DNA of 64,000 bases from Candidatus Rokuibacteriota bacterium (GTDB lineage: Bacteria > Methylomirabilota > Methylomirabilia > Rokubacteriales > DASRDR01), in contig JBIOTN010000057.1 of NCBI GenBank assembly GCA_044866005.1, positions 1 to 64,000 of the forward strand, in the 5' to 3' direction. Within the stretch, counting starts at the first letter, position 1, and each line of letters begins with the position of its first letter. Shown piece after piece: positions 7,388 through 15,989 of this stretch. The notes below the pieces were generated by a model. It ran no database searches. It was not told the DNA's origin and worked only from the letters and a program-made list of their open reading frames with translations. The translations under genes were made by a program, and so were the position numbers.

Positions 7388-9442
7388 CTAGTGGACGTGC
7401 TCCGTGGGCGGCGGCGCGCGCGGAGTCTCGGTCGCGAGCCGCTCCACCTCGGCGACGAGGCGGCTCGGATCGGCCCATCCGCCCCCGTGCGCCGGGATCC
7501 AGCGCGCCCGGAGATAGCCCGGGCGGTCGACGAGCAGCTCCATGTGGGGCGGCATCGCGGGGTCGGCGCGCTGGCCGGCAGGGCTGAGGTCGCGGCGGAA
7601 AAGGGCGTAGGTCGTCACCATCTCGGCGGCGCCGTCGACCGCGATGGGGAAGAAGATCGGTCGCGGGCCGAGGGCGCGATAGATGTCGCCCCCCGCCCGG
7701 AGCGGGACCGCCAGGATCTCGGCGCCGAGCAGGCGCAGGCTCGGGTAGACGGTGCCGAGACGGATCAGGCGCTCCACCGACTCGGGGAGGCTGAAGAAGA
7801 CGAGGAGGACGACGTTCCCACGGTAGTCCGCAAGCGTGCGGCCCTCGCCGACTCCGGTCGTGAACTCGAAGTCGGGCGCGACGACGACGGGGCCGTCCGC
7901 CGCCGCCACGGGACCGAGCCGCCGCGCCTGCTCGGCCGCGGCCAACGTGCGGAGGAAGTTGATCAGGTCCCAGCGCTCCTCGGTGGTGAGGCGCTCCGCG
8001 AAGCCGGGCATCTGCGAGCCGCGGATCCCGTGGCTCAGCCACCAGTATAGGTCACCGACCGTGTGGTCGGCCGTGTGCTTCGCGGTGAGGTCGGCGGGTC
8101 GGGGCCGGAGCCCCGCGGCGGCCGGGCCATCGCCGTACCCGGCGACGCCGTGGCAGGCGGCGCAGTGGGCGCGGTAGAGCGCCAGCCCGTTCGCGACCGA
8201 CGCGGCGGTGTAGGGGACGGCCGGGCGGAGGTACGTCGTCGGGTAGGCATCCACCGCGAGCGGCGGGAGCGCGACGGCCAGGCCCAACGCGATCGCCGCG
8301 CCGCCGGCGCCCGCGATCCACCGCCACCCTCGGCGGCCCACGAGCACGGCGAGAAGCGCGGCGATCAGGCCCAGGAGCGCCAGCTGGCTGCCGACGGCCA
8401 CGCGCGTCCGCACGCCGGGCAGGCCCTTGGTCGCTTCCCAGGAGAGGCGCACCGTGAAGGGCCAGCTCGGCGGCGCGTGGCGAGCGGGCGTGGTGAGCCC
8501 GAGGACGGCGACGACCGCCAGGATCGCGCACCCGAGCGCGACCTCGGCGAAGATCTGCTGCCGGAGGCGCTGGACCGCGGCCACCGCCGCCGCGCGGTCG
8601 CCGGCACCCGACGCCGCGACCAGGCGCGGCTTGACGACGAAGCGGTTGAGCGCCGCCACCGCGAGCAAGGGAAGGAGGAGAGCCAGCTTGAGCGAAAGCC
8701 AGCGACCGTAGGGCGTGCCGACGAGCGCCGCGACGCTCCCCACCTGGACCCAGAGGTTGTAGCCGCCGGTCGCGACGAGCAGCGCGACGCTCCCCAGGCC
8801 CAGCGCGGAGAAGCGGCGGGCTGCGACCGCGGCGGCGCCGAGACCGCGCGCCGCGGGGAGCGCGAGCGCCCAGTGGAGCAGGAGCGCGAGCGGGACGAGG
8901 CCGCCGAACCAGGCGCCGGTGGCGAGGAGGTGGAGGGCGTCGACCAGGATCGCGGCCGCCGGCACCGGGGCGGAGGCCGCGTGGCCGGCGGCCCCGATGA
9001 GGCCGAGAGACGCGGCGGCGAGGGCGAGCCCCTCGAGCCGGAGCGCCGTCCAGTCGGCGCGCTCGTGGTCGCGTTCGCGCAGGAGCAGGAGCGCGCCCAG
9101 CAAGACGAGGAGCGCGTGGCGGACGAGCCAGACGCTCCCGTAGCGGGTCTCGAGGAGCACGGAGGCGAACGCCTCCGGCGCCAGGCTCGCCTGAGACTCC
9201 CGGCCGGTCGCCACGACCACCTGGCGCCAGAGGTCGAGGACCCCTGACGCGAGCGTGATGCCGAGAAGGCAGAGGCCGAGCCGCATGAGCCGCGCGTCGA
9301 TCTCGCCGAAGCGGTCGCGCACCTCCGCGGCGGCCGCGCGGACCGCCGGGCGAGCCACGCCGACGAGGAACACGAAGACGCCGAGGAGGAGGCTCGCTCC
9401 GACGAAATGAACGAAGCGAATCAGGCCGGCGAGAGCCTCCAT
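7388..9442 (-). CDS. copD: CopD-family membrane protein fused to cytochrome c and a redoxin-like domain
   Basis: CopD TM region (GHAAS, LHLLATGAWFGGL, RRFS, YGRWLSLKL); heme motif CAACH with QMPGF; APDFEF...VVLLVFF redoxin-like tail. Confidence 0.88.
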   Translation of the reverse strand: MEALAGLIRFVHFVGASLLLGVFVFLVGVARPAVRAAAAEVRDRFGEIDARLMRLGLCLLGITLASGVLDLWRQVVVATGRESQASLAPEAFASVLLETRYGSVWLVRHALLVLLGALLLLRERDHERADWTALRLEGLALAAASLGLIGAAGHAASAPVPAAAILVDALHLLATGAWFGGLVPLALLLHWALALPAARGLGAAAVAARRFSALGLGSVALLVATGGYNLWVQVGSVAALVGTPYGRWLSLKLALLLPLLAVAALNRFVVKPRLVAASGAGDRAAAVAAVQRLRQQIFAEVALGCAILAVVAVLGLTTPARHAPPSWPFTVRLSWEATKGLPGVRTRVAVGSQLALLGLIAALLAVLVGRRGWRWIAGAGGAAIALGLAVALPPLAVDAYPTTYLRPAVPYTAASVANGLALYRAHCAACHGVAGYGDGPAAAGLRPRPADLTAKHTADHTVGDLYWWLSHGIRGSQMPGFAERLTTEERWDLINFLRTLAAAEQARRLGPVAAADGPVVVAPDFEFTTGVGEGRTLADYRGNVVLLVFFSLPESVERLIRLGTVYPSLRLLGAEILAVPLRAGGDIYRALGPRPIFFPIAVDGAAEMVTTYALFRRDLSPAGQRADPAMPPHMELLVDRPGYLRARWIPAHGGGWADPSRLVAEVERLATETPRAPPPTEHVH

Positions 9443-9469
9443 CGCTCGGCTTGCGCTAGGCCGGCGGCC

Positions 9470-9862
9470 TCACTGGGGTGCCTTCAGCGTGAAGGTGTAG
9501 TCGCCCTCGGTGCGGTGGCCGTCCACCGCGAGCACGCTCCACTTCACCTTGTAGACCCCGGGCGCGAGCGGGAGCAGGCTCACCTGGATCAGGCGGCGGC
9601 TCTCGCGGTCCACCGCCGCGTTGGCCCGGTCGACCCGCGTCCCGCCCGCGTCCGTCACCGTGATGCTGCTGAAGGCCGGCTCGAGCTCGCCGTCGAACCA
9701 GATCCGCACCCGGGCCGGCGCCGTCCGGACCACGGCGCCGACCCTCGGCTCGAACCGCTCCGGGAAGGCATGGGCCCAGGCGCGTCCGGCCCAGGGCGCG
9801 CCGGCGAGCGCGAGCAGGATGAACGCCCGCGCCCGCCACGCGCGCCGCCGGTTCCGACTCAT
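9470..9862 (-). CDS. copC: CopC-family copper-binding periplasmic protein
   Basis: Signal peptide ending AWA then HAFPERFEP...FDGELEP...LAVDGH. ATGA overlap. Confidence 0.9.
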   Translation of the reverse strand: MSRNRRRAWRARAFILLALAGAPWAGRAWAHAFPERFEPRVGAVVRTAPARVRIWFDGELEPAFSSITVTDAGGTRVDRANAAVDRESRRLIQVSLLPLAPGVYKVKWSVLAVDGHRTEGDYTFTLKAPQ

Positions 9863-10740
9863 CGGCCTCCGCCGAAGATCGGGCGGAAGACCGCCGGATA
9901 GATGTCGTCGATGAAGAAGTGGACGAGGGCGCGGACGCCCACGTTCTTTCCCGTGGCGTCGTTGATGGGGAGGACCGCTTCGAGCCCGAGCTCGATGAAC
10001 TTCCCGGCCCAGATCAGCCCAGGGTTGATCGTCCCGGTCGTCTTCCCCCCATCGAGCGGCGTTTCGAAGGCGACCTCGACGACGGGAATGAGCCGGTTCA
10101 GCGGCCAGGGGATCCCCACGTCCTTCACGAAGCTCTGGAGATAGGGCAGGCTGTACTCGATCGCGAACCCGTACGTCAGGGCGTTGCTCTCCGCGCTGGT
10201 CAGCGGGATCTCCGCGCCGAACACGCCGGTGAGGGCGAGCGGCTTGAGGACGCCCAGTCCATCGGGCAGGTCGCCGAGGCCCTTCCCGAAGAACAGGGTC
10301 GGGGCGAGCGTCGAGGTGGACGCGGCGCCGACGGCCTTGTCGCCGACGCCGCCGATCTCCCACTCCAGCCCGAGGGAGACGATCGCCTCGTGCGCCGCGC
10401 TCTTGAAGAGGGCGTACTTGACGCCGATCTCGGGGTTGGCGAAGCCGGACTCCGTGCCGCCCTCGGCGGAGTCGAGGATCCGGTACTCGCCGGAGATCGA
10501 GATCCCGACGTCGGGGGTGATGGTCTTGGCGAGCTCGGCGCCGATCTCCGTTTCCTTCCCTTCCGGCCCCTTGATGTGGACGACGGAGGGGAGCGCCAGC
10601 TCGTCGGCGACGAATGGGTCGTCGATGGTGAGGGTCGCCGGGAAGAAGCGCTTCCCGATGACGCCGTGGGCCCATGCCGGGGCCACGCCGAATGCCGAGA
10701 TGAGGGCAAGCGACAGCAGGCCAGACGACAACCGTCTCAT
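9859..10740 (-). CDS. Putative outer-membrane beta-barrel/transporter with an N-terminal His after the signal peptide
   Basis: Signal peptide AWA-HGVIGKRFFPATL; alternating amphipathic beta-strands; heads the copCD genes. Confidence 0.7.
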   Translation of the reverse strand: MRRLSSGLLSLALISAFGVAPAWAHGVIGKRFFPATLTIDDPFVADELALPSVVHIKGPEGKETEIGAELAKTITPDVGISISGEYRILDSAEGGTESGFANPEIGVKYALFKSAAHEAIVSLGLEWEIGGVGDKAVGAASTSTLAPTLFFGKGLGDLPDGLGVLKPLALTGVFGAEIPLTSAESNALTYGFAIEYSLPYLQSFVKDVGIPWPLNRLIPVVEVAFETPLDGGKTTGTINPGLIWAGKFIELGLEAVLPINDATGKNVGVRALVHFFIDDIYPAVFRPIFGGGR

Positions 10741-10816
10741 GCGCCACCTCGCTTCGCCGGTCCCGCGATCCGCGGGCAGGCGGAGACCGGCAAGAGGGTT
10801 CGAGATCGTCGAGCCG

Positions 10817-11155
10817 CTACGCGAGGGCGAAGGGCGCTGAGGGCGGGGCGCGGGTCGCAACGGGCCGCCCGCTCGGCGTGGCCGCGAACGGCGTGGCCGC
10901 CGGTTCGGCGCGTTCCGGGGCGGGCCCCGCGCCGTGAAGAAGCCCGGTCGCGCCTATGGCCGCAGGCGCGTGGTCCGCCGTGGCGGCGAACCCACACCGG
11001 TCGTGGTCGTCCGTCTCGAAGAGGTGGTGGACGAAGTGGGGGCTCGCTTCGAGGAGCAGGATGGCCAGCCAGGCGCCGAGCGCGAGCGCCACGGCGCCAC
11101 GGAGTGGAGTCGCTCGGACGGAGCCGATCATGACTGGGGACACCGGCACGTTCAT
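10817..11155 (-). CDS. DUF2946/CruR/CutF-like leader protein with RAPP motif
   Basis: Hydrophobic export segment, HFVHH...DDHDRC...DH, Pro/Ala linker, C-terminal RAPP-SAPFALA; directly upstream of the copper operon. Start uncertain. Confidence 0.7.
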   Translation of the reverse strand: MNVPVSPVMIGSVRATPLRGAVALALGAWLAILLLEASPHFVHHLFETDDHDRCGFAATADHAPAAIGATGLLHGAGPAPERAEPAATPFAATPSGRPVATRAPPSAPFALA

Positions 11156-11191
11156 TCTGCCACAGGTCGCGCGCGCCGCGCCCCGGGGGGC

Positions 11192-11407
11192 TCAGCGGGT
11201 CCGGTCCTCGTCGTCGGGCTCCTCCCGCGAGGGGGCGAAGACGGCCCAGGCGACCAGGGCGATCACGGCCACCCCGCCGCCCACGAAGAGCCAGCCGAGC
11301 CCGAGCCCGGGGTCCCGGGCGGCGCCCGCGCCGTGGTCGGCCCAGGCGCTGCCGCGAAGCAGAAGGCCCAGGACCGAGCCGGTGAGAGGCCGCGCCCACG
11401 GCCGCAT
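11192..11407 (-). CDS. Small membrane protein (signal peptide, DHG, one TM helix, acidic tail)
   Basis: AWA-DHG mature start, hydrophobic segment; TAGAAT -10 box 6 nt before the ATG. Confidence 0.6.
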   Translation of the reverse strand: MRPWARPLTGSVLGLLLRGSAWADHGAGAARDPGLGLGWLFVGGGVAVIALVAWAVFAPSREEPDDEDRTR

Positions 11408-11480
11408 GGCGACATTCTACGCGACCGGATCGCCGGTGAGCGCCCGCCGTCGGTGGATGGCCTCCGTCGGGGCGGAAACC

Positions 11481-11509
11481 TTGACTTCGGCGGGCCCGAT
11501 GGGGAGAAT
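11481..11509 (+). promoter_or_regulatory. sigma70-like promoter for pilT
   Basis: TTGACT-N17-GAGAAT. Confidence 0.5.
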
Positions 11510-11593
11510 AGGGGCCGTTTCGCTCGGGCAGGCCTCGCGGCCCCGGCCTCGAGGGCGGGGCCGGCCACCGGGTCGGTTGCTATGGAGGAGCGC

Positions 11594-12742
11594 ATGGAGC
11601 TGGCCCAGGTACTCAAAGAGGGCATGAACCGCGGCGCGTCGGACTTCCACCTGAAGCCGAAACAGGTGCCGGTGCTGCGGGTCCAGGGCAAGCTCGCGCC
11701 GATCGAGGGCTGGCCGCCCGTGGAGCCGAAGGACCTCGACCAGATGGCGCAGTCCATGATGAGCCCCGCGCAGCGCGATCGGTTCGAACGGGAAGGCGGC
11801 GTGGACGTCCAGTACAGCGTCGCGGGGGTCGGCCGGTTCCGCGCGAGCGTCTGCAAGGCCCGGGGGTCGACCTCCATCGCGCTCCGCGTCGTGCCCTACG
11901 AGCTGCCGACGTTCGAGGAGCTGAACCTGCCCCCCGTCGTGGGGAAGCTCGCCATGGAGCCGCGCGGCCTCCTGCTCGTGACCGGCCCGGCCGGAAGCGG
12001 GAAGACCACGACGCTCGCCTCCATGATCAACCACATGAACCAGCAGCGGAACGATCACATCGTCACGATCGAGGACCCCATCGAGTACCTCCACCAGGAC
12101 CGGAGCTGCATCATCACCCAGCGCGAGGTCGGGACCGACACCCCCTCGTTCGCCGACGCGCTCCGCATCTGCCTCCGGCAGGACCCGGACGTGATCATGG
12201 TGGGCGAGATGCGCGACGTGGAGACGATCCGCACGGTGCTCACGCTCGCCGAGACCGGCCACCTGGTGATGTCCACCCTCCACACCATCACGGCCGCCGA
12301 GACCGTGAACCGCATCATCGCCGAGTTCCCCGGGCAGCACGAGCGTCAGATCCGCGGTCAGCTCGCCCAGGTGCTCCGCGGCATCCTCTCCCAGCGCCTC
12401 ATCGAGCGGGCCGACGGATCGGGCCTCCTCCCGGCGGTCGAGGTCCTGGTGAACACCACCACGATCCAGCGCTGCATCGAGGACCCGGCGCGGACGGGCC
12501 AGATCCCCCAGGCGATCGCCGAAGGCAAGGACATGTACGGGATGCAGACCTTCGACCAGTGCGTCCTCGCCTTCTACCAGAAGGGCATGATCAAGTACGA
12601 GGAGGCGCTGCGGGCCTCGAGCTCGCCCCAGGACTTCGAGGTGGAGGTCCAGCGGCTTTCCATGGCGACGCCCAAGCCCGGCGCCGCGCCGGCCGCCGGC
12701 GGGATGCCGGGACGGGTGGCAGGGCGCCCCCCGGCGCGCTAA
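11594..12742 (+). CDS. pilT: Type IV pilus retraction ATPase PilT/PilU family
   Basis: ASDFHLK, GPAGSGKTTT, TIEDPIE, LRQDPDVIMVGEMRD, ETGHLVMSTLHT, GMQTFDQ; GGAGGAG RBS. Confidence 0.93.
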   Translation: MELAQVLKEGMNRGASDFHLKPKQVPVLRVQGKLAPIEGWPPVEPKDLDQMAQSMMSPAQRDRFEREGGVDVQYSVAGVGRFRASVCKARGSTSIALRVVPYELPTFEELNLPPVVGKLAMEPRGLLLVTGPAGSGKTTTLASMINHMNQQRNDHIVTIEDPIEYLHQDRSCIITQREVGTDTPSFADALRICLRQDPDVIMVGEMRDVETIRTVLTLAETGHLVMSTLHTITAAETVNRIIAEFPGQHERQIRGQLAQVLRGILSQRLIERADGSGLLPAVEVLVNTTTIQRCIEDPARTGQIPQAIAEGKDMYGMQTFDQCVLAFYQKGMIKYEEALRASSSPQDFEVEVQRLSMATPKPGAAPAAGGMPGRVAGRPPAR

Positions 12743-12763
12743 ACTGAAAGCTGCGCGGCCCCC

Positions 12764-14248
12764 ATGGGCCGCGGACCGGCGGTCGTCCGCGTCGAGGTCG
12801 TCTCCGTGCAGGTCGAGCGGGTCAGTCCGTTTCTCTGGCGCATCCCCCCCGACGCCAAGCCCGGCATGCGCGTCCCGGGGCTCGTCTATGCCGACGACGA
12901 GCTGATGGCGCTGATCCGGCGGGACCGCTCCCTGGAGCAAGTCGCGAACGCCGCCGCGCTGCCCGGGATCGTGAAGGCGTCGTTCGCCATGCCCGACATC
13001 CACCAGGGATACGGCCTGCCCGTCGGCGGCGTGGTCGCCACCGACACGGCGAGCGGGGTGATCAGCCCGGGCGGGGTCGGGTACGACATCAACTGCGGCG
13101 TCCGGCTGCTCCGCACGGCGCTCACGCGCCAGGCTCTCGCGCCGCGGCTCTCCGCGCTCGCCGACGCGCTCGCGCAGGCGATCCCCTCGGGCGTCGGCTC
13201 TCGCGGCCGGATCAAGCTCGGCCAGGCGGAGGAGCGGCGGGGCCCGGTCCTCCGCGGCGCGCGCTGGGCGGTGGAGCACGGCTACGGCGACGCCGAGGAC
13301 CTCGCCCACATCGAGTCGAACGGCACGCTTCCGGAGGCGGACCCCGACGCCGTCTCCCAGAAGGCCTACGAGCGGGGGCGGGGGCAGCTCGGGACGCTCG
13401 GCTCCGGCAACCACTTCCTCGAGGTGCAGGCGGTCGACGAGCTGGTGGCGCCCGAGGTCGCCCGGGCCCTCGGGCTGGAGGCCGACCGGATCGCGGTGAT
13501 GATCCACACGGGGTCACGGGGCCTCGGCCACCAGGTCTGCACCGACGCGCTGGGGACGATGCAGTCGGCGATGCGGCGGTACGGGATCACGCTGCCCGAC
13601 CGCCAGCTCGCCTGCGCGCCGGTCGAGGCGCCGGAGGCCCGGAGCTACCTCGGCGCCATGCGCGCGGCGGCGAACTTCGCCTTCGCCAACCGCCAGTGCC
13701 TGGCCCACTTCACCCGGGAGGCGTTCGAGCGCGTGCTGGGCATCTCGCCGCGCGATCTCGGCATGGCCCTCGTCTACGACGTCGCCCACAACATCGCGAA
13801 GGAGGAGGAGCACGAGCACGAGGGCCGCCGGCTTCGGCTCCTGGTCCACCGGAAAGGCGCCACGCGGGCCTTTCCGCCGGGCCATCCGGAGCTCGCCCCC
13901 GCCTACCGCGCCATCGGCCAGCCGGTCCTGATCCCGGGGGACATGGGCCGCTACTCCTACGTGCTCGTGGGGACCGCCGGGTCCATGCGCGAGACGTTCG
14001 GGAGCACCTGCCACGGCGCGGGCCGCGTCCTGAGCCGGACCGCGGCGGTCAAGGCGGCACGCGGTCGGTCGATCGCGCGCGAGCTCGAGGCGCGCGGGAT
14101 CCTGGCCCGGGCGAGCGGCCGGGAGTCGCTGGCGGAGGAGATGTCGGAGGCGTACAAGGACGTGAAGAGCGTGGTCGAGGTCGTGGAGCGGGCGGGGCTG
14201 TCGCGGGTCGTGGCCCGGCTCCGGCCGCTCGCCGTCATCAAGGGCTGA
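12764..14248 (+). CDS. rtcB: RNA ligase RtcB
   Basis: MPDIHQGYG, GYDINCG, GSGNHFLE, HTGSRG, HRKGAT, CHGAGR. Confidence 0.96.
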   Translation: MGRGPAVVRVEVVSVQVERVSPFLWRIPPDAKPGMRVPGLVYADDELMALIRRDRSLEQVANAAALPGIVKASFAMPDIHQGYGLPVGGVVATDTASGVISPGGVGYDINCGVRLLRTALTRQALAPRLSALADALAQAIPSGVGSRGRIKLGQAEERRGPVLRGARWAVEHGYGDAEDLAHIESNGTLPEADPDAVSQKAYERGRGQLGTLGSGNHFLEVQAVDELVAPEVARALGLEADRIAVMIHTGSRGLGHQVCTDALGTMQSAMRRYGITLPDRQLACAPVEAPEARSYLGAMRAAANFAFANRQCLAHFTREAFERVLGISPRDLGMALVYDVAHNIAKEEEHEHEGRRLRLLVHRKGATRAFPPGHPELAPAYRAIGQPVLIPGDMGRYSYVLVGTAGSMRETFGSTCHGAGRVLSRTAAVKAARGRSIARELEARGILARASGRESLAEEMSEAYKDVKSVVEVVERAGLSRVVARLRPLAVIKG

Positions 14249-14274
14249 GGGTGGAGGCTGACGCGATGAGCTAG

Positions 14275-14380
14275 GCTCCGGCACCGGACGCGGGAGCTCG
14301 GGCATGCCGGGCTGAGAGGGCGGCGTACGGGCCGCCGACCGCCGATGACCTGATCTGGGTAATACCAGCGAAGGGAGCGA
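14275..14380 (+). ncRNA. TPP (THI-box) riboswitch
   Basis: GGGAGC...GCTGAGA...GACC...ACCTGATCTGGGTAATACCAGCGAAGGGA hallmark sequence, upstream of an NCS1/CytX transporter. Confidence 0.92.
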
Positions 14381-14429
14381 GGAGAGGACGATCGCGAGGG
14401 CGCTGGGGACCCACCCGGCGCCCTTCGCT

Positions 14430-14470
14430 TCTCGGAGGGGGGCTCTTGCCCCCCTTCCGACGGTCCTCCC
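14430..14470. repeat. Short REP-like bulged hairpin, copy 1 (family 2)
   Basis: TCTCGGAGGGG...CCCC(T)TCCGA...CCTCCC, shared with 24353-24390. Confidence 0.55.
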
Positions 14471-14595
14471 GGCAAGGCCGGGCCGCTCGGCCGTCTTTCT
14501 CGGCCGAACGGATCGGCCCGGCCTCCCCCCGCAAAGCTTTGGAGCCGCGCGGTGGGATGTCGGGGAGCGGTCGATACCCGCGAGCGAGGAGGGCG

Positions 14596-15951
14596 ATGGA
14601 GACGATGGGGGAGTGGGGGATCGAGCCGGTACCGGCCGTCGCGCGGCGGCTCGGGGCCTGGGACTTCGCGGTGCTGTGGGGCGACCTGGGGATCGGGCTC
14701 CTCGTGCTCCTGGCGGGGAGCTTTCTGGTCCCGGCGCTCTCGCTGGGCCAGGCGCTCGGGGCGATCGCGCTGGGCAGCGCGATCGGCGTCCTGCTCCTCG
14801 CGGCGGCGGGGATCGTGGGGAGCCAGACCGGCGTCCCCACGATGGTCTGCCTCCGGCCGGCGCTCGGGGTGCGCGGCTCGTACGCGCCGACCGCGCTCAA
14901 CGTCGTCCAGCTCCTCGGGTGGACCGTGTTCGAGCTTGTCATCATGGGCCACGCCGCGAACGTCGTCAGCCGGCGGCTCCTGGGTCTCGACGCCTACTGG
15001 CTCTGGCTCCTCGTCTTCGCCGCGGTGGTCCTGGGGCTCGGGGTCTGGGGGCCGCTGGCCGTGGTCCGGCAGTGGCTCGCGAAGTTCGCCGTCTGGGTCA
15101 TGCTCGCGACGAGCGTCTGGCTCACCTGGCTGCTCCTGACACGCTACGAGGTGGGCGCGCTCGCCGCGCGCCCGGGAACGGGCGAGCTCTCCTTCTGGGC
15201 CGCCGTCGACCTCGTGGTCGCGATGCCGATCTCGTGGCTCCCCCTCGTCTGCGACTACAGCCGCTTCGCGCGCCGGCCGGGCGCGGCGTTCCGGGGGACG
15301 GCCCTCGGCTATCTCGTGGCGAACGTCTGGTTCTACGGCCTGGGAGCGCTCATCCTCCTGGCCGCCGGGGTCACGCAGGAGCCGAAGGGGTTCGTCGAGG
15401 CGATCGCCTCGATCGCCGGGCCGCTCGCCCTCCTGATCCTCCTGGTGGACGAGACGGACGAGGCCTGGGCCGACCTCTACTCGTGCGCGGTCTCCGTCCA
15501 GAACGTCTTCCCGCGCGCGCCGCTCCGCGCGCTCGTCGTCGCGCTCGGCGTCGCGTGTGCCGCGGTCGCGCTCGTGCTCGACGTGACCCAGTACGAGGCG
15601 TTCCTCTTCATCATCGGCTCGGTCTTCGTGCCGCTCTTCGGCGTGCTCGCGGTCGACTACTTCGCCATCCGCCGGGGGTACGTCGCGGACGACCTCGCGC
15701 GACCGGGCGGGCCCTACTGGTACCGTGGGGGTGTGAGCTTCCGCGGGCTCGCCGCCTGGGGACTCGGGATCCTCACCTATCTCGCGATCGCCGGCAACCT
15801 CGCCGGGCTCGGCCTGCCCGGGCTGCCCGCGCTCGGCGCCTCGCTGCCGAGCCTCTTCGTGGCGGGGCTCGCCTACGGCGCCCTCGCCCATCCGCTCGCG
15901 CGAGCCGCCAGCCGGGCGCCGGCCGGCCCGCGCGGCGCGCCGCTGCCTTGA
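14596..15951 (+). CDS. cytX: NCS1-family transporter, probable hydroxymethylpyrimidine permease
   Basis: WGIEPVP, many TM helices, SWLPLVCDYSRF; downstream of a TPP riboswitch; GAGGAGG RBS. Confidence 0.82.
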   Translation: METMGEWGIEPVPAVARRLGAWDFAVLWGDLGIGLLVLLAGSFLVPALSLGQALGAIALGSAIGVLLLAAAGIVGSQTGVPTMVCLRPALGVRGSYAPTALNVVQLLGWTVFELVIMGHAANVVSRRLLGLDAYWLWLLVFAAVVLGLGVWGPLAVVRQWLAKFAVWVMLATSVWLTWLLLTRYEVGALAARPGTGELSFWAAVDLVVAMPISWLPLVCDYSRFARRPGAAFRGTALGYLVANVWFYGLGALILLAAGVTQEPKGFVEAIASIAGPLALLILLVDETDEAWADLYSCAVSVQNVFPRAPLRALVVALGVACAAVALVLDVTQYEAFLFIIGSVFVPLFGVLAVDYFAIRRGYVADDLARPGGPYWYRGGVSFRGLAAWGLGILTYLAIAGNLAGLGLPGLPALGASLPSLFVAGLAYGALAHPLARAASRAPAGPRGAPLP

Positions 15952-15989
15952 CCGGTCAGCAGGGCGTCTGGTAAGGTCGTCTGACGCGT

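Noticed and set aside
12764..14248. rtcB as part of an Rtc/Ro-Y RNA repair or defence system
   Set aside because: No rtcA, rtcR, TROVE gene or tRNA-like RNA recognised nearby; the downstream RNA is a TPP riboswitch.
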